NCBI GenBank assembly: GCA_019894975.1
Contig: JAGXNO010000008.1
Location: 1-64,000, forward strand
Source of the DNA: Promethearchaeota archaeon
GTDB lineage: Archaea; Asgardarchaeota; Lokiarchaeia; Sigyniarchaeales; SOKP01
DNA length: 64,000 bases
Reading direction: 5' to 3'
Part shown: positions 19,297-29,964 of the stretch, in pieces
How positions within the stretch are numbered: the first letter of the stretch is position 1
Layout of the letters: each line of letters begins with the position of its first letter
Made by a program: the position numbers and the translations under genes
The notes under the pieces: model-generated
Databases searched by the model: none
What the model was told of the DNA's origin: nothing
The model's input: the letters and a program-made list of their open reading frames with translations, nothing else

Positions 19297-19902
19297 TCAT
19301 TTGGTATGAAAAATTCTTAATTCATAATTACAATTATAACAATGTAACGGTTTTGAATTGAATTCAGTCCCACATTGGGGGCATTTTGTCCTTATTGATT
19401 CAACGATATGCTGAAGTTCATCAAGTTGATTTTTATGTGTTGGTTTTTTAAAGGCATTTAATAGTAGAACAAGCCCAACCGAAAAGAATATAATGACAAT
19501 CCCAAGAATTATTGTCTTAATAATTAAAATCAGGAATTTTGCATTAAAATATGGTTGGTAATATTTATATAAAAAAGCATAGAAAAAGAAATTAGAGAAA
19601 AAGAATGTTAATAAGTTCATTGCATAGACTTTTTTATAGTTATCATAAATCAGAACAGGAATTAAAGAAATAAAAAGCCAAATAGAATAAATAAGAATCG
19701 CATCCTTCAATGTATTATACATTACATACCTAACCAACCATTCAATTACAATAATTTGTTCTTCAGTAGTTTTTAAAGGTTTTGGATAATATTGAAGATT
19801 TAATTCATAGCTATACCTGAAGCTAGATATTAATGCAATTAGAAATGATATCTGCAATACAAAAACAATAGTCCTACTTTCTATAACTTTTTTTAGATTC
19901 AC
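19297..19902 (-). CDS. membrane protein with C-terminal zinc ribbon
   Basis: TM helices; CPQC...CYNC. Confidence 0.7.
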   Translation of the reverse strand: MNLKKVIESRTIVFVLQISFLIALISSFRYSYELNLQYYPKPLKTTEEQIIVIEWLVRYVMYNTLKDAILIYSIWLFISLIPVLIYDNYKKVYAMNLLTFFFSNFFFYAFLYKYYQPYFNAKFLILIIKTIILGIVIIFFSVGLVLLLNAFKKPTHKNQLDELQHIVESIRTKCPQCGTEFNSKPLHCYNCNYELRIFHTK

Positions 19903-20237
19903 ATTAACAATTATAATTTTTAATTAGATTTCATGTTGTGTTAAGAAACCCTATAATATAAATACATATTTGTCTATTTTTCCATCTGGAGTTGGTGTGC
20001 TTGATTATATTAAAAACTATTTCAATAAACTCCCAATCACTGGTTTTATATATGAATTCTTGAGTTTCAATAAATATGACGAAGTCGTTCTAGGTAATTC
20101 TCTTTCTATATGGTCAGTTAAGAACCAATAAATAACTTAAGAGTCTTCGTTGAGGGATCGTATCTCATAATTTCAATAACTAAATCTTCGATACCGTGTC
20201 CTTCTTAATAAAAATTAAGATTAATCATTTACCAATT

Positions 20238-20615
20238 CTAAGTTCTTCGGGTATGATGGTGCTTATCATACCTTTCCGGGTATTGCTCGGTTCGCTTCAC
20301 TACGGTAGTGGTACCTTTATCATCACTTGTTCTTGGGCTTTTAGGTGCAGATTTTCTCCCCCATGTTTTTACTTCTCTATGTTTAGTATATACTACTCCA
20401 TACAAAATCCAACTTATTGAAGCAATAAAAATAATAGACCAGAAAAAAATGGCTATATACAAGGAAGTCCAATTTGAAATGGAACTATGATGATAAGAGG
20501 CATGAAGATAGGTTATTCTTAAACAGATTATACCAACTATAATAAAAATTGAAGTTATAACTATACTTATTATATCAAAAATTAAATGTATTCTTTCATC
20601 CTTAGCTTTATCCAT
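20238..20615 (-). CDS. hypothetical two-TM membrane protein
   Basis: Two hydrophobic helices, basic tail. Confidence 0.5.
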   Translation of the reverse strand: MDKAKDERIHLIFDIISIVITSIFIIVGIICLRITYLHASYHHSSISNWTSLYIAIFFWSIIFIASISWILYGVVYTKHREVKTWGRKSAPKSPRTSDDKGTTTVVKRTEQYPERYDKHHHTRRT

Positions 20616-20740
20616 TTCGCTAATTCTCTTAATTTTGTTCTACTATAATATTATATATCATTTGAGCTTAAATTTTTATTGGAGTAATAAATTAACTTTT
20701 TATAATAATATAACATTTTTGTAAAATTTAAATAAAAATC

Positions 20741-20777
20741 TTCCTGAAAGGTAAAATCAGAGTCTGATTTCAATGAA
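20741..20777. repeat. 37-bp dispersed palindromic element, copy 2
   Basis: AAATCAGA-G-TCTGATTT core; 32/37 identical to 3676-3712. Confidence 0.6.
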
Positions 20778-20899
20778 AATTTATATTATTAACTTATTCT
20801 CCTCCCATAATATAACTCTCAATTTTTATCAAGATTCTCATAATCATAAAAAAACCTGAAATGTTTTTGTTTAAGGTACTCTAGCAAATTTTCAAACGA

Positions 20900-22717
20900 T
20901 TATCTTCTGATATAGGGACTCCACGAATGGTCAGAACGTATTATAGACCTTGCTTCTTTTTTAATTTTAAGATTAGTTTTAAATGGTGGAAGAACTGGGA
21001 ATATTTTATAAAAGAGAAAAATTACGATTCGGAGACCTATAATTGATAGAGAAATAAGGAAAATTGTGAGATAGATGAATTGTTGATTAGCAAAAAATGT
21101 AATCCAGAATGACATTATCCAGAACGAAAGAATATAAAGGATACTAGTGATCAAACCCCATTTAAAAATTCTATTTTCTGAGTGAATTTCATCAATCACA
21201 TAATGATCTCTATACTTACTAAAGAAGAAAACTCGTAATTCAAAGGTTAAAATTACAAATATCCATGCAATGGGCAAAAAAGTTAACAGTGCAAAGAATG
21301 AAATGAAAAATTTATCTGTGGCAACATATAATAGAACAGGTGCGAGTACTGCGATTGTTTGAAGAGGTAGCAATAAAATTAATTTTGCGTTTGCGCGTTC
21401 CCGCGGATTGATAGGTAGCGATGCTAAAACGGATTTCCCACTACTTTCTGTACTAAGTAATCCATAAACTAGCATACCAGAGATTATTGGATTAAAAATC
21501 AACATTCCAACCCAATTATAAAAAAGATCTTCTTCTAATAGAGCTGTACTTCCAATATTACCAATATTAAAAGAGAAGGAAAAAATACAGGAAAGGATTA
21601 TTGGCATTATCATCGACAGAAGTGTTTTAAGATCGTGAGTGGCTGCTGATAAATCTTTATGTAAGTAGGCCTTAATTGGAGAACGAGTCTTGATCCTTAC
21701 GTGAATTTTATGTACGGCTAAATCTGAAGGATATTTTTTTTGAATATTTGTAATTTTCCCATCTGTAATTTTTCTAACTGTTTTTGATGCTTTTAGATGA
21801 GTCCACCATGTGAGCATGATAAATAACCCTAAACCAATAAAAATGTTAACCCAGGATTCCATTGAGTCTTGACTTAAAGCAATACTATTTGAGAGTAAAT
21901 AACTTGGATTAAATGGATATGGGATAACGCTAAGAATAAAGTTTACCATAGAAGGATTTTCAAGCCCCAGCATTATTCGAAAAATTTCATCAATCGAATT
22001 TAATGCCCATTGCGTTGTGTAGACGCTTCCAAGAATTACGACTAAATAACTAAGAATATGAAACAGCCTAATAATTGAAGCTCTTTTCGAGCTACCTTCG
22101 TTAGAATTTAATACTCGATTAAGTCTCCCTCCTATAATAATGAGTAAATTAAAAGAAAAGATAATATTTAGGATTGAAATGCCTAAAGATACAAAAAAAA
22201 CAAAGATATTTTGAGTACCTATAAACATTGTAATTGGAAATCCTAGTATAATCACTATTATTGGAATATCAAAACTTCGAAATATTGTTAAGTAAGTTAA
22301 CTTATGTAATTTGTCTCGGGAAATTGGTAAGGTTTCAAACCAACGAAAGATCACGCCAGACATTATTATCCCAGATTCTAATAACCCCATTAGAAAAAAA
22401 TTAAAAAATTGTAGAGTAAAATACATAGTAAAGAAGATACTTCCTATTAAGATTATACTTTCGGTCGCGACAGGATTTACGCTAAGATTTTCGACTATCT
22501 GAAAATATGTGAGTAAGGGCATTATTGGTAGAATACCAAATATGAAGGCATAAATTATTTTAGAAACGATTGCTTTAATTTTGAGTGTTCGTTCCTTACC
22601 TTGGTAGCTCTCTAAAATCCCAGATAGATATATCCCTTTTGATTGAAGTGAAGCTTCAAGTAAAAGTTCCTTGTTAGTATATTTCGCAAGAGAGAATATA
22701 TTTAATTTTTTCCGCAT
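20900..22717 (-). CDS. polytopic membrane protein, ABC-2/exporter permease-like
   Basis: More than 10 TM helices; internally repeated LPI motifs (ETLPISR, ASLPINP); YLHKDL motif. Confidence 0.65.
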   Translation of the reverse strand: MRKKLNIFSLAKYTNKELLLEASLQSKGIYLSGILESYQGKERTLKIKAIVSKIIYAFIFGILPIMPLLTYFQIVENLSVNPVATESIILIGSIFFTMYFTLQFFNFFLMGLLESGIIMSGVIFRWFETLPISRDKLHKLTYLTIFRSFDIPIIVIILGFPITMFIGTQNIFVFFVSLGISILNIIFSFNLLIIIGGRLNRVLNSNEGSSKRASIIRLFHILSYLVVILGSVYTTQWALNSIDEIFRIMLGLENPSMVNFILSVIPYPFNPSYLLSNSIALSQDSMESWVNIFIGLGLFIMLTWWTHLKASKTVRKITDGKITNIQKKYPSDLAVHKIHVRIKTRSPIKAYLHKDLSAATHDLKTLLSMIMPIILSCIFSFSFNIGNIGSTALLEEDLFYNWVGMLIFNPIISGMLVYGLLSTESSGKSVLASLPINPRERANAKLILLLPLQTIAVLAPVLLYVATDKFFISFFALLTFLPIAWIFVILTFELRVFFFSKYRDHYVIDEIHSENRIFKWGLITSILYILSFWIMSFWITFFANQQFIYLTIFLISLSIIGLRIVIFLFYKIFPVLPPFKTNLKIKKEARSIIRSDHSWSPYIRR

Positions 22718-23082
22718 ACAACATGTTCCTTTTAATTTTGGATTTTATTTTTTCTTAATCACCGTAATTACAGCTTCAAATAGCTTGAAGTATATCCACA
22801 CATTTACCACATAAAGCGCAAAAGTTCATACTAAAATCATCGAATTGAATATATTGGATCAGATGCTTAATCTTATCAAAAATAATATTTAAACCTAAGC
22901 ATTTTACTTCTTCATTTCTCATAAGCTAATTAGAATTGTTGCAGAAAAAAGGTGTTATCTAAATTAAACCTAGGAAAAGGAGAAGTAGAAGCCATTAATC
23001 TATGCTTTGAAATTAAAGCCCCATTATTACTTATTGATGAAAAAAAAGGCAGGAATATTGCTCAATCTTATAAATTATCAGC

Positions 23083-23475
23083 TTGGATTTATCAAAAAAT
23101 AATGGTAAAACTGAGTTTCTAGGATATAAAGTCAATTTTCCTAATCCAAATCAGCTTAAAATTTATAATGGAAAAATGAGATTTGATGGTTTTGCAAGAA
23201 TAAAAATAAATGGAAAAACAATCCAAATTGCATTTGAGTATAATGGCAAGCAACACTATGAATTTCCAAATTATTGGTTTGAAAATTCTGATCGGGGATA
23301 TAAGGCATGGTTAGAGTATATTGAAAGAGATCAGATTAAGAAAGAAATTTGCAAATTGAATAAAATATACTTGATAGAAATACCCTTCTATATAGATCTT
23401 GCGTTAGAACACCCAAAAAAAATCCAATCTTATATCATAAATCAATTTGAATTAATTTCTGGTATAAAATTATAA
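23083..23475 (+). CDS. PD-(D/E)xK/Vsr-like endonuclease domain, probably N-terminally truncated
   Basis: RFDGF...IAFEYNGKQHY...RDQIKKEICKLNKIYLIEIP. Confidence 0.65.
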   Translation: MDLSKNNGKTEFLGYKVNFPNPNQLKIYNGKMRFDGFARIKINGKTIQIAFEYNGKQHYEFPNYWFENSDRGYKAWLEYIERDQIKKEICKLNKIYLIEIPFYIDLALEHPKKIQSYIINQFELISGIKL

Positions 23476-23613
23476 CAAATCTATACCTCAATTAATAGGA
23501 AATTGAAATTATGATTAAATATCCTTTTTCCTGTGTTTAAATTATTTCACAAATTTAATTAAATCATGAAAATTTAATAAAAACATTACAACTCTTAATA
23601 AGAGGAGAATCTT

Positions 23614-24706
23614 ATGGTTTATGACATTAAAAGTGATATTACTGAAATAATAAATCGCATTGAAAAAGAAAATATCTCATTAAAAGATAAGACAGTTTTA
23701 GTAACGGGGGGCGCTGGCTTCTTAGGTTCATGGGTCTGTGATGTCCTAGTTGAACAAGGGGCTTATTGTATATGTTTAGATAATTTGACGTCTGGTCAAC
23801 CAAAAAATGTTCAACATTTAATGGAGAAAGATAATTTTAGGTTTATTAATCACGATATCTCGTACCCTATATATTTTGGAATGAGTTACCATCCATTAGG
23901 TATTTGCATTGGTGATATTAAAAAAATTGATATTGTTATGCATATGGCAAGTAGAGCCTCACCATTTGAATTTCAGAAAGATCCTATAGCGATTCTTAGG
24001 AGCAATACGTTAGGAACATTAAATTCGCTAGGAATAGCAAAATTCCATAATTCGATATTTTTCTATACGAGCACTTCTGAGGTTTATGGAAACCCACCGA
24101 ATGAAGAGATACCATCTCCAGAGACTTACTTTGGGCACGTAATTCTTGTATAAGGATTCCTACAAGAGCGTATACCCAGTAGGTCCAAGGAGCTGTTATG
24201 ATGAGTCTAAGAGGGCGGGGGAAGCTTTCATTAAGGCATATGAACTACAACATCAAATGAGAACAAAGATTGTAAGAATTTTTAACACTTCTGGGCCAAG
24301 AATACGTCATGGACCTGAGTTTGGCAGAGTTGTTCCAAATTTTATACATCAAGCGGTAAACGATGAAGATATTACTATTTTTGGGGATGGATCACAAACA
24401 AGGTCTTTTATTTATGTGGTAGATGAGATCGAAGGAATCCTAAAAATGGTGTTTAATGATGAAGCAAATGGAGAGGTTATTAATTTAGGCAATGATAAAG
24501 AATATACCATATTAGAGTTAGCGAATATCATAAAAGATTTAGCAGGTTCTAATTCAAAAATAGTTTATAAACCACTACCTATTGATGACCCCGTACGTCG
24601 ATGCCCCGATATCACGAAAGCAAAAAAAATCTTAAATTGGGAACCTACAACTTCCTTGGAAGAAGGACTTAAAAAAACCATTGCATGGTTCAAAGATAAT
24701 GAATAA
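23614..24706 (+). CDS. UDP-glucuronate decarboxylase-like NAD-dependent epimerase/dehydratase; join(23614..24142,24174..24706), 353 aa after splicing
   Basis: VTGGAGFLGS, HMASRASP, TSTSEVYG; spliced junction GHVNPVGPRSCYDESKR; RIFNT, GDGSQTRSF, DDPVRRCPDI. Confidence 0.9.
24143..24173 (+). other. putative BHB/BHL-type mRNA intron (31 nt)
   Basis: TGGG-C-ACGT-AA^T-TCTTGTA-loop-TACAAGA-GCGT-AT^A-CCCA; removal restores the frame and the conserved Asn. Confidence 0.8.
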
Positions 24707-25217
24707 TACAACCGATAAGGATCAACATAGGAATTTTAAATCCAGTTTAAAAGAATTTGATACATTACTCAAGATCTGTTTAGTTATTGGAATTGTAGTT
24801 ATTTCGGGTTTTGTTATCTACCATGCTTTAAAACCAGAACCAGGTTTTGTTACGTTTGGAATTTTAAACGAGAACCAAGAAGCGGAAAATTATCCTACCG
24901 AGGCTGCTATGAGTGAGAATATTTCCTTTTATCTTACTGTTGAAAATTATTTAGAAAGAGATTTTGCATTTAATGTGAAAATCAAGAAAGGGGATAATAA
25001 TACCGTTCTAAGTTCTACAGGCTCAAATGGAACATTTGCATTTATGATTAATGGTTCCTTAAACCATAAGGAACTTTGGAAGTCTAGTAAATTAAATATT
25101 TCATTTTCTCAAATTGGTGCGAATCAAATAATTATCGCAGAATTATGGCAAGGTTTCGAAAGTAAACCTGAAGAATTCTATAACATACTGTGGTTGCGTT
25201 TAAATATTACTTCTTAA
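24699..25217 (+). CDS. DUF1616-family membrane-anchored protein
   Basis: One TM, then FVTFGILNE..AENYP, FYLTVEN, LWLRLNI; ATG at 24699 overlaps the end of the upstream gene. Confidence 0.7.
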   Translation: MNNTTDKDQHRNFKSSLKEFDTLLKICLVIGIVVISGFVIYHALKPEPGFVTFGILNENQEAENYPTEAAMSENISFYLTVENYLERDFAFNVKIKKGDNNTVLSSTGSNGTFAFMINGSLNHKELWKSSKLNISFSQIGANQIIIAELWQGFESKPEEFYNILWLRLNITS

Positions 25218-26590
25218 TTCAGGCCCCCTATTATTTGGACATTCTCTACTCTAACATAGGGTGCGTGAAGTGAACCATAGATTTTAAATTCTTTTGAAAT
25301 GGAACTTATATTCTTATATAAATCTAAAAGATTAATCCCTATCATCGTTTCATTTAAAGGCTCTTTAATTTCCCCATTAAGTATTAAATTTCCATGTAAT
25401 ATCAAGCCCGAGAAATCACCCGTTGAAATATTAGGATTATCTCCAGTGTAATCAAATAAAATTCCTTCTTTTACATCCTTTATCATTTCTGTTAAAGGTG
25501 TATCACCATTTCGCATAATTAGGTTTGTAGATCCTATGGAAGGTATAGAACTATAGGAACTTCTCGCAGCATTACCTGTGCTCTCTATACCTTCTTTACC
25601 CGCTGTATAGCTATTATGCAATAATCCTGTCTTTAGGAATTTTCCTTTTTCAATAATTTTCTTATTTTTGCAAGGCACACCTTCCCCATCAAATATTGCA
25701 GATCCAACAGCACCATCAATTAACCCATTATCTTCAATATTTAATAACTTTGAGCCAATTTGTTCATCCCTTTTATCTACAAGGAAATTTCGTTTATATT
25801 GGAAAGATTCCCCATTTATAGCCGAAGCAAGGGGTCTTAATATTAATTGTATGGCTCCTTTTGGTGATAAAATGAGAGGAACTTTCATATTACTTATTTT
25901 TTTTCTATGCAAATTTCTTTTAGCTTCTAATAGGGCAGTATTAACTACGTTTAATGCATTTAGAGCTTTTATAGAACGTTCAGATTGCCATTCGTAACCG
26001 AATGAGGTTTCCTTATTTGTTTTATCCTCTACAATGATGTGTGAAGAAAGCGAACAACTCGTCTCTTTTCCTGATACTTCTAACCCATTAGTATTAAAAA
26101 TATTTGTTTTGGAATAATTTGAAATAAAACTTCCCGATTGAGAGATTGCAAGCTCATCATTATCACATACTTCGATTAAAGTGTTGATATAATCCAGGGA
26201 ATCTTCTAATTGGAGAGCTTTCAATTCTTTATCGTATAAACCATTTACTAGTGGATAATTTTGAAAAGAACTGGGTAGATCATGAAAATCAGGGTCAGGA
26301 GTGCCAACATTCATCATTTTTAAAGCTGTTTTACAAAGATTATCCATAGTTTTTTTTTCTAATTTATTCGAAAATGCAAAACCGAGAGCACCTTGATTGT
26401 TAATAACTCGGATAGATACTCCATTATCCTCTCCAGTTTCACTATTTTTTACAGAATTTTCCTCAATTTCTATGCTGATATAAGTATTTTTTTCAAAAAA
26501 AAACTCAGCACATTTTAAATCATGAGAATTTTGCTCGATCAATTTCAAACCATAGTTTGCTAAAGAATATATATCTGAGTTGATTTCCAT
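25214..26590 (-). CDS. pmbA: TldE/PmbA family protein
   Basis: FDGEGVP, STGNAAR, NISTGDFSG; follows tldD. Confidence 0.85.
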   Translation of the reverse strand: MEINSDIYSLANYGLKLIEQNSHDLKCAEFFFEKNTYISIEIEENSVKNSETGEDNGVSIRVINNQGALGFAFSNKLEKKTMDNLCKTALKMMNVGTPDPDFHDLPSSFQNYPLVNGLYDKELKALQLEDSLDYINTLIEVCDNDELAISQSGSFISNYSKTNIFNTNGLEVSGKETSCSLSSHIIVEDKTNKETSFGYEWQSERSIKALNALNVVNTALLEAKRNLHRKKISNMKVPLILSPKGAIQLILRPLASAINGESFQYKRNFLVDKRDEQIGSKLLNIEDNGLIDGAVGSAIFDGEGVPCKNKKIIEKGKFLKTGLLHNSYTAGKEGIESTGNAARSSYSSIPSIGSTNLIMRNGDTPLTEMIKDVKEGILFDYTGDNPNISTGDFSGLILHGNLILNGEIKEPLNETMIGINLLDLYKNISSISKEFKIYGSLHAPYVRVENVQIIGGLN

Positions 26591-28036
26591 TTAATTTAAA
26601 CCCCCTACAGTAATATCATCGATACGAATATAAGGTCCACCATCACAAACTCTAATACTTTGACCTCCTTTCCCACACATCCCATCAGAGTAATTTATCT
26701 CTTTACCAATAGCAGAAATTTTGTTTAATACTTCGAGAATCATACCGCTTAAGGATACATCTCTCATTAACTCTCTTTTTTCTCCATTTTCAATTTTATA
26801 TGAAAATTTACACTTAAACTGAAAATTCCCTGTAGAGGGATCAGTATATCCATACTGGAAATCCTCACATAGAATTCCCTTTTTAGTATCCTTAATTATT
26901 TCCTCTGTACTCCAGTCACCCGGTTCTAAAAAGGTGAAACCCATACGTACTTGAGGTCTAGCAGAAAAAGATGAGGATCGTCCATGTCCGTTTGGAACCG
27001 TATCCAACCTTGAGGACGTTTCTAAGTTATGTAAGTAATTTTTTAAGATTCCATTCTTAATTATTGTGGTTTTTTGTGAAGGGATTCCCTCATCATCTAC
27101 AAAATAACAACCAAATAGTTCATAAGGTACGCCAAACTTTTTACCTTGATTCATAGTTGGATTATCTATGATATTAACTGCTTCAGAAGCAACTTTTTCA
27201 TTAATTTTATCTTTCAATATGCTATCATTGTTAAGTACTAGATCTGCTTCACATGCATGACCAAAAGCTTCATGTATCATGGTACCTGTTAGCTTGGGAT
27301 CAACAATGATTGTAAACTTGCCACCAATGGGAGATTTTGCTTTTAGTAGATCCACTGCCTCTTTTGCAGATTTTTCACTTAAATTTTCAGCCTTTTCTGT
27401 ATTGATAATTTCATATCCTCCAATACCTCCTACAGAATTAATAGCTCTCTGAAGTACTCCTTCTTCTTGAGTATATACTAAGCTGAATAATCGTAAAAAT
27501 GATAAATCCTGAGTGATGTTATTATGAAAGGAGTTTATTAATATACTGTTAGCATGGCCATCAATATAGAGAGTATGAGTGTTCTTCACTTTTGAAGAGT
27601 AATCGGAAGCAACCTTTTCATGGTGTTTAACAAGTAGTATTTTTTCTTCGATGTCAATATCCTCTAACTTTTGTTGGATTTGGGCATTGAAGCTTTTTAT
27701 GAGTGGATCCCTTTCATCAATTTTAAATTTATGTTTACATAAAGACTCTGATAACCTAGCCAACGTGATCGCTTTCTGAAATCCGGTTAGTATTGCTTTT
27801 CGATTGAGATCTTTTAAAACACAGAAACCCCAACCGCCGTTAATGAAAGCTCTGATTCCACATTCAGTAATATAATGAGAAGAAATTTCTTTACTTTTTA
27901 AATCTGTAAAGTCTATTGTTGCCCCATGACTTACTCCAGATCTAACATCCCAATATTCTACTTTATCTCTTGCGATATTGTGTAACTCTTTTATTAATTT
28001 ATCATCTATTTCCTTTAAATCATCGTCGAATTCCAT
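26591..28036 (-). CDS. tldD: TldD metalloprotease
   Basis: HEAFGHACEAD, DDEG, NGHGR, MCGKGGQ..V.DGGP. Confidence 0.9.
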   Translation of the reverse strand: MEFDDDLKEIDDKLIKELHNIARDKVEYWDVRSGVSHGATIDFTDLKSKEISSHYITECGIRAFINGGWGFCVLKDLNRKAILTGFQKAITLARLSESLCKHKFKIDERDPLIKSFNAQIQQKLEDIDIEEKILLVKHHEKVASDYSSKVKNTHTLYIDGHANSILINSFHNNITQDLSFLRLFSLVYTQEEGVLQRAINSVGGIGGYEIINTEKAENLSEKSAKEAVDLLKAKSPIGGKFTIIVDPKLTGTMIHEAFGHACEADLVLNNDSILKDKINEKVASEAVNIIDNPTMNQGKKFGVPYELFGCYFVDDEGIPSQKTTIIKNGILKNYLHNLETSSRLDTVPNGHGRSSSFSARPQVRMGFTFLEPGDWSTEEIIKDTKKGILCEDFQYGYTDPSTGNFQFKCKFSYKIENGEKRELMRDVSLSGMILEVLNKISAIGKEINYSDGMCGKGGQSIRVCDGGPYIRIDDITVGGLN

Positions 28037-28185
28037 ATCTATTACTCAGCTTGAATTTAGTTTCAATATATTAATTAGGGGTATTGGTTAAAGATGTTTT
28101 ATAAAAGAATTGTAGAAAACTATCTTAAATACCTTTGTTTTTTAATATATCTACTTGATTTTGACCACACATTTAAAAAGAAGCT

Positions 28186-28383
28186 TCAAGGATTAGTCTT
28201 CAGTTCTTTAATAATAAATATTGCTCCCTTTGTTGTACACTTTTTAGAAAACTTGGTAGAATTTTTAAAGGTAAACGAATGATTACATTTCCAACATTTT
28301 TTAGTTTTAATAACTCGGTTTGTATAATACCACTCCCCACATCGATAACATCTATAAAAAAAGTATTTTTGTGTGTTGGACAT
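28186..28383 (-). CDS. small zinc-ribbon protein (DUF1922-like)
   Basis: RCYRCG...KKCWKC. Confidence 0.6.
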   Translation of the reverse strand: MSNTQKYFFYRCYRCGEWYYTNRVIKTKKCWKCNHSFTFKNSTKFSKKCTTKGAIFIIKELKTNP

Positions 28384-28596
28384 ATAACAAGGATTAAATC
28401 AATAAAAAAATATAAGTTAATTTAGCGAGAAGATTTACTAATTTTTAAACATTAGAGTAATAATAAGACCTAATTCTACTTATTATAAAATGAATTTACT
28501 CTTAACCTATTCAAATTATTTTATCTTAAATAAAATAAGATATAAGTTTTGATGAATCATTATTTTAATTATAAGCAATAAAAAATAGTAGAAATT

Positions 28597-29955
28597 ATGG
28601 GTCATAAATTTATTCATCCAATTGAAACAAGATATAGAACGGAGATTGCAGATTTATTTACAGAAGAAAAAAAGTTGGAAAATTGGTTAAAGGTAGAAGC
28701 TGTATTAGCAGAAGTACACGCAGAATTAGGTAATATTCCTAAAGAGGCAGCAAAAGAAATACAAAAAAAGGCTAACTTAAATTACGTTAAATTGGAAAGG
28801 GTGAAGGAAATTGATAAAGAAATTCATCATGATTTAATGGCAATGGTTAAAGGCTTAGCAGAGCAATGTGATGAGGGTGCGGGTAAATACATACATCTTG
28901 GTGCCACTAGCTATGATATTGAAGACTCTGCTACAGCCTTACAATTAAAAGAAGCTTTAAATTATATTAGAAGTGCTTTATTAGAACTACTGATGACTCT
29001 GATTAAATTAACAGAGGAAAAAAAAGATCTGGTATGTATTGGGAGAACACATGGACAACATGCAATTCCTACAACATTTGGGATGAGATTTGGGGTATGG
29101 GCTTATGAAATAGATAGGCATCTCGATCGGATATCCGAAGTTCTAGAACGCATATCTTTTGGGAAAATGTCTGGTGCTGTCGGTACGATGGCAGGTTTTG
29201 AAGATAAGGGGATGGAGATACAAAAACGTGTAATGGAGAAGCTCAATTTAAGTCCAGTTCTAATCGCCAACCAAGTAGTACAGAGAGATCGTCATGCTGA
29301 AGTTATCTTTTTGACTTCATTAATAGGTCAGACCTTAGCAAAAATCGCAAGAGAAAATCGAGTTCTTCAACGAACTGAAATAGCTGAGATGTTTGAACCA
29401 TTCAAAAAATCACAGGTGGGAAGTAGTACTATGCCGCATAAAAGAAATCCCCACAAGTCTGAAAGAATTTGCAGCTTAGCAAGAATACTTAAATCAAATG
29501 TTATACCTGCTTTAGATAATATCGTTTTAGAAGATGAAAGAGACATGACTAACTCTGCCTCTGAAAGAATAATTTTTGGAGAAAATTTTGTTATATTGGA
29601 TTATATGATCAAAGGATTATTGAAAAATCTTCAAGGAATTAAATTTGACACAGTAAAAATTGAAGAAAATTTAAACCTTACAAAAGGTGCATGTTTAACT
29701 GAAAAAGTAATGGTTCAGCTTGTTAATAAAGGAATTGGGAGACAAGAGGGACATGAATTATTAAGACAATCAGCTATATTAGCCCGTAAAGAGAACCGTT
29801 ATATGAAAGATATTCTGTTTGAAAATAATAAAATTACTAATCTATTCTCAAAAGAAGAGGTAACTGAATTATTTGATCCACATAAATATATAGGAAAAGC
29901 AGTTGATCAAGTAGAGAATTTAGTTAAATTTCTTAAAAATAAATATAACTGCTAG
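28597..29955 (+). CDS. purB: adenylosuccinate lyase
   Basis: HLGATS, GRTHGQHA, GSSTMPHKRNP. Confidence 0.95.
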   Translation: MGHKFIHPIETRYRTEIADLFTEEKKLENWLKVEAVLAEVHAELGNIPKEAAKEIQKKANLNYVKLERVKEIDKEIHHDLMAMVKGLAEQCDEGAGKYIHLGATSYDIEDSATALQLKEALNYIRSALLELLMTLIKLTEEKKDLVCIGRTHGQHAIPTTFGMRFGVWAYEIDRHLDRISEVLERISFGKMSGAVGTMAGFEDKGMEIQKRVMEKLNLSPVLIANQVVQRDRHAEVIFLTSLIGQTLAKIARENRVLQRTEIAEMFEPFKKSQVGSSTMPHKRNPHKSERICSLARILKSNVIPALDNIVLEDERDMTNSASERIIFGENFVILDYMIKGLLKNLQGIKFDTVKIEENLNLTKGACLTEKVMVQLVNKGIGRQEGHELLRQSAILARKENRYMKDILFENNKITNLFSKEEVTELFDPHKYIGKAVDQVENLVKFLKNKYNC

Positions 29956-29964
29956 CTAACAAAA

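Noticed and set aside
19930-20135. ~65-codon open stretch on the + strand
   Set aside because: No convincing start and no recognisable homology.
23878-23919. ~14-aa insertion (GMSYHPLGICIGDI) in the same gene as a second intron
   Set aside because: In frame, no stop and no convincing BHB fold; probably a protein loop.
24146-24706. Separate second ORF, or simple frameshift, in the epimerase gene
   Set aside because: A discrete 31-nt structured insertion explains the break; a 1-nt indel would not account for the ten extra codons.
27124-27147. Hairpin within a TldD loop insertion as an intron
   Set aside because: The flanks cannot form the 4-bp central helix and the frame is intact.
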